Origin: Amphritea sp.
GTDB taxonomy: Bacteria > Pseudomonadota > Gammaproteobacteria > Pseudomonadales > Balneatricaceae
Reading direction: 5' to 3'
DNA: 64,000 nucleotides
NCBI GenBank assembly: GCA_036960915.1
Contig: JBALVQ010000011.1
Coordinates: forward strand, 6,514-70,513
Below the pieces are notes generated by a model that saw only the letters and a program-made list of their open reading frames with translations, had not been told where the DNA came from and made no database searches. Positions 19,427 through 30,318 of this stretch are shown piece after piece. The translations under genes were made by a program, and so were the position numbers. The first letter of the stretch is position 1; every line of letters starts with the position of its first letter.

Positions 19427-20362
19427 TTGGACAGTCTTATGAATCGCACAGGAAACCTGCTCCCCCGTCAGCTTGGCGATGCGCACATCCGCTTACTACG
19501 TATCTATAAAGCAGTCATTGAATGCGGCGGATTTGCCGCAGCCGAAGTCGAGTTGAATATCAGCCGGCCAGCAATCAGTCTGGCGATTACCGAATTGGAA
19601 ACTCTTCTCAATATGCGGCTTTGCCACCGTGGCCGCTCAGGTTTTTCGATCACCGATGAGGGGACTCAAGTGTATGAGGCTGTGCTGCAGCTATTAGCAA
19701 ATCTGGAAGCCTTCAGGGCGCAAATCAATGCCATCAATACCGAATTAAAAGGTGAGTTCAATATCGGCATCACCGACAATACGGTGACCATCCCCCAGAT
19801 GCGGATAACGCCGGCACTATCCGCATTAAAAGAGCGCGGCCCGGATGTGATTGTCAATATTCGCATGATCCCCCCCAATGATATCGAAACGGCGATCCTC
19901 GATGGCCACTTGCATATCGGCGTGGTGCCGGACCTTCGCGCCCTGCCGGGACTGAATTACTACCCACTCTATAAAGAGCAATCCCTGCTCTACTGCGGCC
20001 AGCAACACCCGCTATTTGAGCAGGACGACACTAAGCTAAGCGAGCAGGAACTGGGCGAATTTGATGCGGTGCTGCCGGCTTATCCGCAAGCGGCGGAGAT
20101 CAAGCAGCAGCAAAAAATACTCAAGCCCACAGCCAGTTCAACAGATCGGGAAGGCATCGCGTTTCTAATTCTCAGTGGCCGCTATCTCGGTTATCTGCCC
20201 ACCCACTTTGCCGAACGCTGGGTTAAAGAGGGTAGATTGCGCGCCATACAACCCGACAAGAGAGGCTTCCATACTCACTTCTCGGCCATTACCCGCAAAG
20301 GCGCCAGATCCAATCTGATTCTAGAGGCCTATCTTGAAGAGCTGCAGAAAACAGAAGCGTAG
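19427..20362 (+). CDS. LysR regulator (BauR-like), divergent from the aminotransferase
   Basis: LLRIYKAVIECGGFAAAEVELNISR..LCHRGRSGFS. Confidence 0.9.
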   Translation: MDSLMNRTGNLLPRQLGDAHIRLLRIYKAVIECGGFAAAEVELNISRPAISLAITELETLLNMRLCHRGRSGFSITDEGTQVYEAVLQLLANLEAFRAQINAINTELKGEFNIGITDNTVTIPQMRITPALSALKERGPDVIVNIRMIPPNDIETAILDGHLHIGVVPDLRALPGLNYYPLYKEQSLLYCGQQHPLFEQDDTKLSEQELGEFDAVLPAYPQAAEIKQQQKILKPTASSTDREGIAFLILSGRYLGYLPTHFAERWVKEGRLRAIQPDKRGFHTHFSAITRKGARSNLILEAYLEELQKTEA

Positions 20363-20399
20363 ATAAAAACTCGTTGTTCGTTGTAGTAAAAGTTCTATC

Positions 20400-20855
20400 T
20401 TTGTGGGAGCGGCGCCTCGCCGCGAGGAATTCGCAGGGAATTAATCGGCGCGAGGCGCGCCTCCTACAAAGCGGTAGGGTGATTGGAGTGATGCACAACC
20501 TACTCGTTATTCTTTTTGGCCGACAACCTGTAAACATGCCCCACGCAAACATATAAACCGATCAAACATTCGGTTTATATGTTGCAAAACAGGAATTTAC
20601 AAAGCACCATATACCGAATAATTATTCTAATTCATTTCGAGCTCTGTAGGTTGGGGTGAGTGAAACGATGCCCAACGCCTAGTCATTAGCACATTGAAGC
20701 TGTTGGGCATCACTACGTTCACCCCAACCTACTCGTTGCTCGTTGCTTAATAAACGGTCATTCCCGCGAAGGAACTTCATTCCCGGCTTGATCGGGGGCC
20801 GGAAACAACAAAATGTTTTGATATGTTGGGCATCGCTTTGCTCAGCTCAACCTAC
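20400..20855. repeat. Cluster of REP-like palindromes between convergent genes
   Basis: GTGGGAGCGGCGCC...GGCGCGCCTCCTAC (20400-20470); GTAGGTTGGGGTGA...TCACCCCAACCTAC (20646-20732); partial copy 20824-20855; GTCATTCCCGCG unit near 20757. Confidence 0.75.
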
Positions 20856-20874
20856 CCCTTTGTTTCCTCCCATT

Positions 20875-22293
20875 TCAGATCGGGGTGATATTCTGATTCA
20901 CACGGAAAAAGTTATCCGGATCATAATCAGCTTTTATTTGCGCCAACCGATCATAGTTGGGGCCATAGGCACCATCGACACGGTCCTCATCCTCACTGAT
21001 GAAATTCACATAGACGCCACCGGTAGCAAATGGTCTGGTCGCCTGGTAGAAGTCACGAGCCCATAAGACACATTCATCATCCTGATCTGCATGATCCCAG
21101 CGGGTATGTACATTCATCACAAACTCAACATCGCGATGCGGGTATGCGGTAGCCTCAGCTGCCACCGTGTTGGTTACGCCGCCCATTTGAGCAACAAAAA
21201 TCTCCGATTGCGGACTCGGCAATCTGGAACCATAGTCGACCAGCTGATCGATCAGGCCATCGCTTAGTTCGGTAAAATTATGCGATTTCCAGTAATTACG
21301 CACGCCTGGAGTCAACAATGGATCGAAAGCCTGCTGAAATCCGACAAACGGGTGTGGCGCAAAACCATCAGCGATGGGCTGTCCCAACTGCCGCAATGGC
21401 GCCAGGGCCTTCTCCCCTTCGGCCATATCCCCGTTATAAAGCGCAACCAGAATAAGCACCCGGGTACCGTGAACTTCCGCTGCCAGAAAAGGTAGCGGCG
21501 GCGCATCACGAATTACCGCCCAGACGGTTAACTTCTCGGAGCAGCTAGCGCAAAATTCACGGTAGGAACGCAGCACTGATGCGGCTTGATCAAAGGGGAA
21601 CACAATCGGTCCGGACATTACTTCGGGACCAACAGGGTGCAACTGAAATTCGAACGAGGTAACAATACCGAAGTTACCCCCTCCGCCACTGATCGCCCAG
21701 AACAGATTAGCATGGTTAAGTGCGTCACAGCGTAAGCGTTCGCCCGCTGCTGTTACCACTTCAGCAGCAACCAGGTTGTCCACTGTCAGGCCATAGCTGC
21801 GACTGAGCCAGCCAAACCCGCCACCGAGTGTCAGACCGGCAACACCCGTGGTGGAGTTAATTCCCACAGGTACCGCTAAACCGTAAGCCTGGGTCTCATG
21901 ATCCAGATCGCCCAGCGTAGCCCCTGGTTCTACAATCGCCTGGCGCGCCTCAGGATCAACCCGGACTGATCGCATCGTGCTTAAATCGATCAACAACGCA
22001 CCATCATACAGGGACTTACCGGCAATATTATGACCTGCGCCACGCACTGAAATAAGCAACTGATGCTTTCTGGCAAATTTTATCGCGTGTATTACGTCGG
22101 CCGTACCGGTACAACGAACTATAGCCGCCGGACGACGATCTACCATCGCATTCCATATCTGGCGTACTTCATCGTAATCATCATCGCCGGGCAGTAAAAT
22201 CTGGCCGCGAACCTGTCCTCTTAAACTGCTCAACGCCTCGTCGCTGAGCTCCTTCATTTCGCCAGTAAGCGAACGGGCTTGAATCTCTGGCAT
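20875..22293 (-). CDS. FAD-linked oxidase, VAO/berberine-bridge-enzyme family
   Basis: RGAGHN, GVAGLTLGGGFG, GGGGNFGIVT, C-terminal YVNF...YDPDNFFRVNQNI. Confidence 0.92.
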   Translation of the reverse strand: MPEIQARSLTGEMKELSDEALSSLRGQVRGQILLPGDDDYDEVRQIWNAMVDRRPAAIVRCTGTADVIHAIKFARKHQLLISVRGAGHNIAGKSLYDGALLIDLSTMRSVRVDPEARQAIVEPGATLGDLDHETQAYGLAVPVGINSTTGVAGLTLGGGFGWLSRSYGLTVDNLVAAEVVTAAGERLRCDALNHANLFWAISGGGGNFGIVTSFEFQLHPVGPEVMSGPIVFPFDQAASVLRSYREFCASCSEKLTVWAVIRDAPPLPFLAAEVHGTRVLILVALYNGDMAEGEKALAPLRQLGQPIADGFAPHPFVGFQQAFDPLLTPGVRNYWKSHNFTELSDGLIDQLVDYGSRLPSPQSEIFVAQMGGVTNTVAAEATAYPHRDVEFVMNVHTRWDHADQDDECVLWARDFYQATRPFATGGVYVNFISEDEDRVDGAYGPNYDRLAQIKADYDPDNFFRVNQNITPI

Positions 22294-22821
22294 AACCTGT
22301 ACTCCCTAGTTCTGAGCACATACGCCCAGTCTTTAGCTACGGATACACTGAACACAATGTTGTACGTAACATCCATCAGGCAACAGGCTCAGGGATGAAC
22401 TCAGACAGCATAATCCGACTTATCCCAACAGTATTCATAACGGCAGTGTGAATCTGGTAAAACATCTAAGGCGCAGAGCGCTATGTCGACACAACAGAAA
22501 AACGCAAGGCAATACCAGGCTTGCCAGTGTTGGAGTTACCAGAGAAAGGGCATTTTCAAGCGATGTCCCCTGATTAACAACGCAACTTAAGCACGGAATC
22601 AAAACGGCTATTTTTTACTGGCACCTTTGTCACACATTTAATCACGTTATTGCGTAGCAACCGGATCGATTGCTATCCCACAGTGTAGACGCCCTACTCT
22701 GAAAAAGCGTAAGCCGGATAAAAGCCTCTTTTTTCGAGCAGTAAATTCTTCCCTGTAAGCACCCACTGCGGTACTGTCTTAGCCACTCCAGAATCAGGCA
22801 ATATCGAAACAGGTCACTGCC

Positions 22822-23295
22822 GTGAAAAGAATAGCGATTTTCGTCGACGTACAGAATATTTATTACACCACGCGACAAGCCTATGGCCGCCAGTTTAATT
22901 ATCGCAAGCTGTGGCAGCGAATAAGTGCCGAAGGGGAGATCGTCTCAGCCACCGCTTATGCCATTCACCGCGGCGACAATCAGCAACTGAAATTCCAGAA
23001 TGCCCTTAAACACATCGGTTTTAACGTCAAACTCAAACCCTACATCCAGCGTAGCGATGGCTCCGCCAAGGGTGATTGGGATGTCGGCATTACCATTGAT
23101 GTGATGGAAGCCGCAACAGGCGTCGATACTGTAGTACTGCTTTCCGGAGATGGAGACTTCGACCTGCTACTGGAAAAAATCAACACGGATTATGGCGTAA
23201 GTACCGAAGTTTATGGCGTAGCGGCACTCACTGCCAATTCTCTCATCGATGCTGCAGGCATCTATAACCGTATTGAAGACGATCTGTTACTGTAA
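22822..23295 (+). CDS. NYN domain protein (LabA/DUF88)
   Basis: IFVDVQNIY, KGDWDVGITID, LLSGDGDF. Confidence 0.92.
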   Translation: MKRIAIFVDVQNIYYTTRQAYGRQFNYRKLWQRISAEGEIVSATAYAIHRGDNQQLKFQNALKHIGFNVKLKPYIQRSDGSAKGDWDVGITIDVMEAATGVDTVVLLSGDGDFDLLLEKINTDYGVSTEVYGVAALTANSLIDAAGIYNRIEDDLLL

Positions 23296-23352
23296 TTTTT
23301 GTTAATCTCAAACGTCCATTGCAGCAACATACAGCAACATTGGAGACAACGT

Positions 23353-23988
23353 ATCTATACACTTTACTGGGATCGCGGTGGGGCAAACATGGCCTCTCAT
23401 GCTGTACTGGAAGAGCTGGGCGTCCCCTATAAGCTCATTGAAATCGACTTGGCTCGCCAAATGCAGCGAACGCCTGAGTATCTGGCAATCAATCCGAACG
23501 GCAAGGTCCCCACGTTGCTGCACCAGGGTGAAGTTATTTATGAGTCGGCGGCAATTCTGATGTACTTGCTGGACCAGCATCCACAGGCGGGCTTGTCTCC
23601 AGCACTTCAGTCACCGCAAAGAGGCCGTTATTATCAATACCTCATCTGGATGTCGAACACCTTGCAGGAAGCTGCTAACCGCTGGGCACACCCCGAACAG
23701 TATGCTGGCGACGAGTCAGATTTAACCCAGGTAATTGACAAAGCTACTGAGGAATTGACCCGCTGCTGGCGCATCATCGACGATGATTTACACTGCAAAG
23801 GTCCCTGGCTACTGGGCGATACATTGAGTGGCGCGGACTTTCACTTATTCATGATTACCTACTGGAGCCGCCGCTATGGCAGCCGCGCCCAGGACTGGCC
23901 GAACCTGCGCCAGCACATGCAAGCCATGCTCGCACGCGATTCAATAAAACGAATGATGAGCCAGGAAGGACTTACTTTCGAGTTATAG
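23353..23988 (+). CDS. Glutathione S-transferase (beta-class-like); start uncertain
   Basis: YLAINPNGKVPTL, ESAAIL, GDTLSGAD; GGAGA RBS precedes an in-frame ATC at 23353. Confidence 0.85.
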   Translation: MYTLYWDRGGANMASHAVLEELGVPYKLIEIDLARQMQRTPEYLAINPNGKVPTLLHQGEVIYESAAILMYLLDQHPQAGLSPALQSPQRGRYYQYLIWMSNTLQEAANRWAHPEQYAGDESDLTQVIDKATEELTRCWRIIDDDLHCKGPWLLGDTLSGADFHLFMITYWSRRYGSRAQDWPNLRQHMQAMLARDSIKRMMSQEGLTFEL

Positions 23989-24164
23989 TCTGAATCTGCG
24001 GTTTTGCCTCCTTGGATAAGAACGCAGAAGGCGACTGTTTGGATTGCCAACGACTCACATTTAGCGGCGTTAAATGACTCCTCTTTTTGACACACCCATC
24101 AGCTTAGATTATCCCCTTCAGACCCACAAACACACTTAAATCCCGCCAAAAATATCGTGCAAAG

Positions 24165-24192
24165 TTGTAAAACCTTGTAAATAGATTGTAAA
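24165..24192 (+). promoter_or_regulatory. Three TTGTAAA direct repeats at 10-11 bp spacing upstream of the response regulator
   Basis: Copies at 24165, 24175 and 24186; spacing typical of OmpR/PhoB-family boxes. Confidence 0.5.
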
Positions 24193-24305
24193 TAGCACTT
24201 GCTCTTCTACTGTTTAAAGCACTAACTTATATACCTATAATAAAAATAATCCGTATTGAGGTGCTGTAATATGATGCGCGACGCAATCCAAGGTGCTATC
24301 CCATC

Positions 24306-25034
24306 ATGAACGTAGATGCCAGGATCCTAGTTGTCGATGACGAAGAGCTTACCCGCCAATGCCTGAGCAGCTATTTCGAGCAGGAAGGCTATACAGTGTT
24401 TTGTGCAGAGACTGCAGAGCAAGCTGAAGGAATCCTCAGCAGTGAAGCAATTGACGTTATCCTTCTGGATATCCGCCTGCCCGGTAAGGATGGCCTGACC
24501 CTCACGCGAGAGCTGCGGGTGCACACCGAAGTCGGTATTATTCTGGTAACGGGACGACTGGATGAAGTAGACAGGCTGATTGGCCTCGAATGCGGCGCCG
24601 ATGAGTATGTCACCAAGCCCTTTAACCCCCGCGAGATTCTCGCCAGGACCAAGAATCTGGTACGCCGGGTACGCCACTGCAATACAGCCAAGCCAACCGA
24701 CGCCCTGCCCCACGCCTTCAAGAGTTTCGAACGCTGGAAACTGAATATCGATCGCCGTCAGCTGATAGATGAGAAACAGCAGCAAACGCAACTCACCGAG
24801 GGTGAGTACAAACTACTCGACTGCCTGATGACCCACTCGGGACAAATCATGAGCCGCGAGCAGATTCTCGACCAGATCCGTAACCGTGAATGGGTGCCGA
24901 GTGATCGCACCGTCGATGTACTGATCGGACGACTGCGACGCAAACTCGATGACGACCCGGCCAATCCCAAGATGATCATGACCATACACGGCGCCGGTTA
25001 TCTGTTTACACCAAAGCCCGTAGATATGGCATGA
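24306..25034 (+). CDS. OmpR-family response regulator (TorR/ArcA-like)
   Basis: ILVVDD, LLDIRLPGKDG, GADEYVTKPF, winged helix DRTVDVLIGRLRRK. Confidence 0.93.
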   Translation: MNVDARILVVDDEELTRQCLSSYFEQEGYTVFCAETAEQAEGILSSEAIDVILLDIRLPGKDGLTLTRELRVHTEVGIILVTGRLDEVDRLIGLECGADEYVTKPFNPREILARTKNLVRRVRHCNTAKPTDALPHAFKSFERWKLNIDRRQLIDEKQQQTQLTEGEYKLLDCLMTHSGQIMSREQILDQIRNREWVPSDRTVDVLIGRLRRKLDDDPANPKMIMTIHGAGYLFTPKPVDMA

Positions 25035-25834
25035 GTCAATCCAGGCCTGATATTCGACGTCTGCCAACCCTGCTATACCTGTACCTATACCTGATAATCA
25101 CCATACTCGCCCTGCTCTCTACATCTCTTCAGGCGCGAACTCTGAAAGCCTGTGGCCACCCTTTTTACCCACCGGTATCCTGGGTCAGTTCGGGGCAACT
25201 GACGGGTCTTGCTCCGGCCGTCACCCGGCAGCTGTTCGCCGAGCTGGGATATAATGTGCAATTAAGTGCTGAGAGTAACTGGAAGCGCTGCCTGCTGGAA
25301 GTTCAACAGGGAAACGCAGATATCGTAGTGGCCGCTTACCGCATCGCAAGCCGCGAAAGCTATCTGAGCTACTCCGATCAACATATTATTGCAGACAAGG
25401 TGACGCTGTTTGTTAATCGCAACAATCCAATCGACTTTAATCAACTGGAGGATCTGCACGACAAAACCGCAGGGCTTCTGTTGGGTGATAGTTTCGGCGA
25501 TACGTTTGACCGTTTTATCCAGAAAAATAGTCATATCGAATATGTCTCCCGTGGTCGGCAAAACTTTGAAAAACTGGCATTAGGACGCATCGACTACATG
25601 CCTCTGGGTCAGCTCAGCGGTCACCTGCAAAGTCGCAAGCTTGGGTTTCACGATCAGGTAAAGCCACTGGACGTTACAATTGCCACCGAGTTTTATTATC
25701 TGGCAGTGGGGCGCAACAGTGACCTTCAACAACACCTGCCTTTTCTTAACCGCCGAGTGAGCGAAATGCACCGCGACGGCACCATTCGACGGCTGACAAA
25801 CCTGTACAGTTTGAAGTACCTCGACACCCTCTGA
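25031..25834 (+). CDS. Periplasmic substrate-binding protein (family 3)
   Basis: Signal/TM segment, YPP, WKRCL..VQQGNAD, L..GRID; overlaps regulator stop. Confidence 0.85.
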   Translation: MSQSRPDIRRLPTLLYLYLYLIITILALLSTSLQARTLKACGHPFYPPVSWVSSGQLTGLAPAVTRQLFAELGYNVQLSAESNWKRCLLEVQQGNADIVVAAYRIASRESYLSYSDQHIIADKVTLFVNRNNPIDFNQLEDLHDKTAGLLLGDSFGDTFDRFIQKNSHIEYVSRGRQNFEKLALGRIDYMPLGQLSGHLQSRKLGFHDQVKPLDVTIATEFYYLAVGRNSDLQQHLPFLNRRVSEMHRDGTIRRLTNLYSLKYLDTL

Positions 25835-25842
25835 CATTTGGA

Positions 25843-28206
25843 ATGCATATGAGCCAGCCAATCACCAACCGGTTACGCAATTTAGCTCGTTATGCCCAGG
25901 ACCACCCATTAGGCTACCGCATGATGGTGTATGTCACCGCCTGCAGCTTTGCCTTCATTCTGTTCTCTACAGCCTTACAATTGACTCTGGATTATCGGCG
26001 GGAATTGCGTGCCGTTGATCAACAAATTGAACTGATCCGCAGCAGCTATCTGGCTAGCCTGGCGAAAAGCCTGTGGGATCTCGATCAGGCTCAGATAGAG
26101 CTGCAGCTAAAAGGCATCCAGACACTGCCCGACGTGCTTTATCTCAAGCTTCACGACAACAATGCAACGGCTACGACCGGAATACCAACCCAGCAGCCAC
26201 CAGCCCCCGAACACCGTATTCAACAGCACAGTTTCAACCTTATCCATATCACCGCCAGTCAGCAGCAGAGGCAACTAGGCCGCCTGGAAGTCAGCTTCGA
26301 TCTGCAAGCACTGTATAACCGGGTCTGGCAAACCGGCATAAATACACTCCTAAATCAGACCCTATTGGTATTACTGATTGTGGTGGTTATTCTGGTTATT
26401 TTTCAGCGGCAGATCACCCGTCACCTGGAAACAATGGCTAACTACAGCCGCTCAATAGGGGCTGGGGAGCTCGACCACAGCCTGATACTGCCGCGACGTA
26501 AACCCAAGCGTCCGGATGAACTCGATCAACTGGCCTCCGCCCTGAACGAGATGCGTCAGGCGATACAACAGGACATCCTGCGACGCGACCAGGAACAGCA
26601 GGAACTGCGCTACAATCGTGATCAATTGCAGGCGATGGTAGAAAGACGCACAGAGAGCCTGCAACGGGCAAAAGAAGCCGCCGAAGAGGCCAATAATGCC
26701 AAATCACAGTTTCTCTCGACTATGAGCCACGAAATCCGTACACCGATGAACGGCATGCTGGGTATGATTCAACTTCTGGAAAGTAGCGACCTGTCGCCAT
26801 CCCAGCATAAGCATATAAAAGTACTGCATGACGCCACCGATGCACTGCTGGAAACCTTCAACAATGTATTGCAGTACGGACGGCTGGTTGAAGGCGCCTA
26901 CACCTCTAGAGAGACCCACTTTTCACTCCACGAGCTACTGGACAATCTGATCACCCTGATGACGCCCAGCGCCGATCAAAAGCAGCTGACGCTATCGCTC
27001 GAGCAGGCAGCTGAAATATCTGACCCATGCTACGGTGCCGTTGGCAGCTTACGACAGATACTGACCAACCTGCTGGCCAATGCAATCAAATTCACCGATC
27101 ACGGCTTTGTTAAACTAAGCGTTCAGCTTTTAGATGAAACCGATGACGTGCAGTACCTGCGCTTCGAAGTTGATGATTCTGGTATTGGTATAAAGCCAGA
27201 ACTCCAGACTCATATTTTCGACCGTTTCACCCAGGCTGATGAAACTATCACCCGCCGCTTTGGTGGCACCGGACTAGGACTGGCAATCTGCAAAGAGCTG
27301 GCTACCGCACTGGGCGGAAACATCGGCCTGAAAAGCACTCCCGGTAAGGGCAGTCAGTTCTGGCTGGAGCTGCCACTGGCCATTGGACAGATAGATGTAC
27401 AGACCGAATTGACTGAGGTTGAAACGCAAGCCCAGCCACAACAGATATTGCTTGTCGAAGATGTTGAAATCAATCAGCAGGTGGTGGTGGGCTTACTGGA
27501 AAAACAGCATCATCAGGTTGCTATTGCAGCCAATGGCCCACAAGCATTGCAATTGAGCCAACAAAAACGTTTCGATCTGATCCTGATGGATATGCATCTG
27601 CCTAGTTTGAGTGGCATGGAAGTGAGTCGTCAAATTAAACAGGATACGCGTTGTATCAACTATAACACGCCGATAATAGCCCTGACCGCCAGCGTACGCC
27701 CCGAAGATATACACCAATACCTTGGCATAGGAATAACCAGCGTCATCGCCAAGCCGGTGAAGAAAAACCAGTTATTGCAGGCGATCGCTAATAAAGATCA
27801 TCAAACCGGTCACACGGCCACTGCGATTGAACCAGAAACAGAAAAAGCCTCAGCCGCATTACTGGATAACTCGATAATCGATGTCCATCGCCAGGTATTG
27901 GGAGAGAGTAAACTCGCTGAGCTGATGCAGGGCTATTGCTCCGTACATGATGAACTCTGGCCCCTGCTACAGCGAGGTATTGCTACACAGGATCAATACG
28001 ACTGTGCCCAAATAGCCCATAAACTGGCCGGCGCCTGCGATACCATGGGGTTTGTACGCGCCAGCCAGTTACTTCGAACTCTGGAAACTGCGGCCGAGTC
28101 GGGAGAACTAAGCGGCATGTCCTCTTTAGCGGAAGAGTTGAAAACGGTTATGGCGCAAACCAAACAGATTGCTCAGGAACTGAGCCTAACGAAATCGGAC
28201 TATTAA
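25843..28206 (+). CDS. Hybrid sensor histidine kinase (HAMP-HisKA-HATPase-REC-HPt)
   Basis: [48 protein letters not shown]. Confidence 0.95.
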   Translation: MHMSQPITNRLRNLARYAQDHPLGYRMMVYVTACSFAFILFSTALQLTLDYRRELRAVDQQIELIRSSYLASLAKSLWDLDQAQIELQLKGIQTLPDVLYLKLHDNNATATTGIPTQQPPAPEHRIQQHSFNLIHITASQQQRQLGRLEVSFDLQALYNRVWQTGINTLLNQTLLVLLIVVVILVIFQRQITRHLETMANYSRSIGAGELDHSLILPRRKPKRPDELDQLASALNEMRQAIQQDILRRDQEQQELRYNRDQLQAMVERRTESLQRAKEAAEEANNAKSQFLSTMSHEIRTPMNGMLGMIQLLESSDLSPSQHKHIKVLHDATDALLETFNNVLQYGRLVEGAYTSRETHFSLHELLDNLITLMTPSADQKQLTLSLEQAAEISDPCYGAVGSLRQILTNLLANAIKFTDHGFVKLSVQLLDETDDVQYLRFEVDDSGIGIKPELQTHIFDRFTQADETITRRFGGTGLGLAICKELATALGGNIGLKSTPGKGSQFWLELPLAIGQIDVQTELTEVETQAQPQQILLVEDVEINQQVVVGLLEKQHHQVAIAANGPQALQLSQQKRFDLILMDMHLPSLSGMEVSRQIKQDTRCINYNTPIIALTASVRPEDIHQYLGIGITSVIAKPVKKNQLLQAIANKDHQTGHTATAIEPETEKASAALLDNSIIDVHRQVLGESKLAELMQGYCSVHDELWPLLQRGIATQDQYDCAQIAHKLAGACDTMGFVRASQLLRTLETAAESGELSGMSSLAEELKTVMAQTKQIAQELSLTKSDY

Positions 28207-28698
28207 TCCAAACAGAGTCCGATTACACATAACGGATAATAGCAATGAATCAAATCGTATAAGATCTGATTCATAAAATAGCACTGTGCAAATGCAGCAA
28301 TCAATAACTTAGATGTGAGAACGGTCCTAAAATAGACCCATATGAAACACTTTAGGGGATAGCGATTCAGGGGAAAATGTACACTTTCAGCCATAAACGA
28401 CCAACTAATGATTCAGGTCTGTTTACTCGTACTGATGGTCGGTTTGTGCCAACTCCGGACCTTTAGGGGCCGCTAAAATAGCATTGCACCTGCCAGCCCT
28501 CTGCTCCAATAGCGGACGATGAATATTTACCTATCAGAGCTTCAGCTTGCGGCTCCTGTTGTTAAGGGTTATCAGGTGCCTGTCCCCTACTGTCCCACTC
28601 CCTGCTATCGCCCTACTGTCCATTCATTGTGTCGAAATGGCTCTAAATCTTGGCTTGATGCAGTAAACAAATTTAATTGTATTGCCTTTTTAGTCCCA

Positions 28699-29988
28699 CT
28701 ATCCCCAAATGTTTTTGTTCTTAGAACTTCCACTATTATCGGTTGTGATTTTACTTGATGCCTTATTATTAGGTTTTGATGCTGATTTAGCCGTAGGCTT
28801 ACTCTTACGAACATAATTCAAAATTGAAATAGGCACTTCTTTTCTAACTGGAAAGTTTTCAATCTCTTTTCGATCAATTAAGTGGTTTAAGCGGCTTTCA
28901 ATTGCGCAGAGGTTTTTAAAATCGCCCATTGCAACAAAAGAGATAGCTTCACCTGCCTCGCCAGCACGGCCCGTTCGACCAATACGATGAATGTATTCTT
29001 CTGGTTTGAAGGGTAGGTCGTAATTAACAACACGGCTAAGTTTACCTATATCAATGCCGCGAGCTGCTACGCCAGTGGCCACTAAATATTTCAGGTTTCC
29101 AGATTTGAAATCGGCCAATATTTTTTCTCGCATGGCTTGGCTTCTATCCCCATGAATAGATTCCGCTTTAATACCACGTTTTTCTAGCTGGCTCACAAGT
29201 TTGGCAGCGCCGTGTTTCTTTTCGATAAAAATGAGCGCCTGATCCCATTTTTGTTCTTTAATTAAATGACTAAGTAATGCGGACTTTGTGTCCTTGTCTA
29301 CCGCGATTAACCATTGCTTGATCGAGGGAGCTGTTTTCACGTTAGATGAAATAGATACCTCAACCGCCGTATCACTCATCTTGCTATCAGAAAAACCATC
29401 AGCCAGCTCCCGAACGTCGTGGTTCATGGTAGCCGAGAATAATAAGTTCTGACGTGTTACGGGTAAGCGATCAATAATTTTATCTATGTCACCAACAAAC
29501 CCCATATCCACCATTCTGTCAGCTTCATCCAATACAAGTACTTCAAGTTCATCAAAATGCAACGCGCGTTGATGAGCCAAATCAAGCAGTCTGCCTGGTG
29601 TGGCGACTAAGATGTCTATACCTTCAATTAAACGCTGCTTTTGTGATTCCGAATCAACACCTCCATATATGGACATAGAGCTTAGGTTTAAATGTTTACT
29701 ATATTCAGTAATATTAGCTTCAACTTGTACCGCCAGTTCTCGGGTAGGCGTAAGAATGAGCGCGCGTATGCGTTTACCACGGAGCTTACGGTCTTTATTA
29801 AACATCTCTAAAATAGGCAAAACAAAAGAGGCAGTTTTACCAGTTCCGGTTTGGGCGGTGGCAATTAAATCTTTACCAGAGAGAATAATGGGGATGGCTT
29901 GTTTTTGAATAGGCGTAGGGGTTGAATAACCTAGGTCTTCAATGGCTTGTAAAATAGGATCGCACAATCCAAGATTTGAAAATGGCAT
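28699..29988 (-). CDS. DEAD-box RNA helicase (RhlE-like)
   Basis: AQTGTGKT, PTRELA, DEAD, SAT, ARGID, HRIGRTGR. Confidence 0.96.
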   Translation of the reverse strand: MPFSNLGLCDPILQAIEDLGYSTPTPIQKQAIPIILSGKDLIATAQTGTGKTASFVLPILEMFNKDRKLRGKRIRALILTPTRELAVQVEANITEYSKHLNLSSMSIYGGVDSESQKQRLIEGIDILVATPGRLLDLAHQRALHFDELEVLVLDEADRMVDMGFVGDIDKIIDRLPVTRQNLLFSATMNHDVRELADGFSDSKMSDTAVEVSISSNVKTAPSIKQWLIAVDKDTKSALLSHLIKEQKWDQALIFIEKKHGAAKLVSQLEKRGIKAESIHGDRSQAMREKILADFKSGNLKYLVATGVAARGIDIGKLSRVVNYDLPFKPEEYIHRIGRTGRAGEAGEAISFVAMGDFKNLCAIESRLNHLIDRKEIENFPVRKEVPISILNYVRKSKPTAKSASKPNNKASSKITTDNSGSSKNKNIWG

Positions 29989-30164
29989 GGAGTCTCAGAT
30001 AGATAGTCAATAAGGAAAAGAGCCGTAAGTATAGCAGTGAGGCTTATTTTGTAATAGGTGAATCAACCTTAGTCCACTTAACGCCGCCAGCAGGGGCTGG
30101 TTTGAATACAAAGCTGTGGTCATGACACACCTCCCGATGCAGATCTCCTACATCAATTTTAGAA

Positions 30165-30190
30165 GTGTCCACAAAACTGGGGTAGGACCT
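30165..30190. mobile_element. Possible orphan IS3-family terminal inverted repeat
   Basis: Reverse complement AGGTCCTACCCCAGTTTTGTGGACAC resembles IS3-type ends; no transposase nearby. Confidence 0.4.
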
Positions 30191-30318
30191 AGGAGCGACC
30201 AAGCAGCACCAGAAGTAGAAGCTCAACGATCAGGTCGCTGTGGGTCGAAAACGGACACCAGGTAGCAGGGCCTATGAACCCGGATAGGGCATAGCGATTC
30301 GTACTGCCATAAACCTTT

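Noticed and set aside
22822-23295. NYN protein as an anti-phage defence gene
   Set aside because: Stand-alone LabA/DUF88-type protein with no defence-island context
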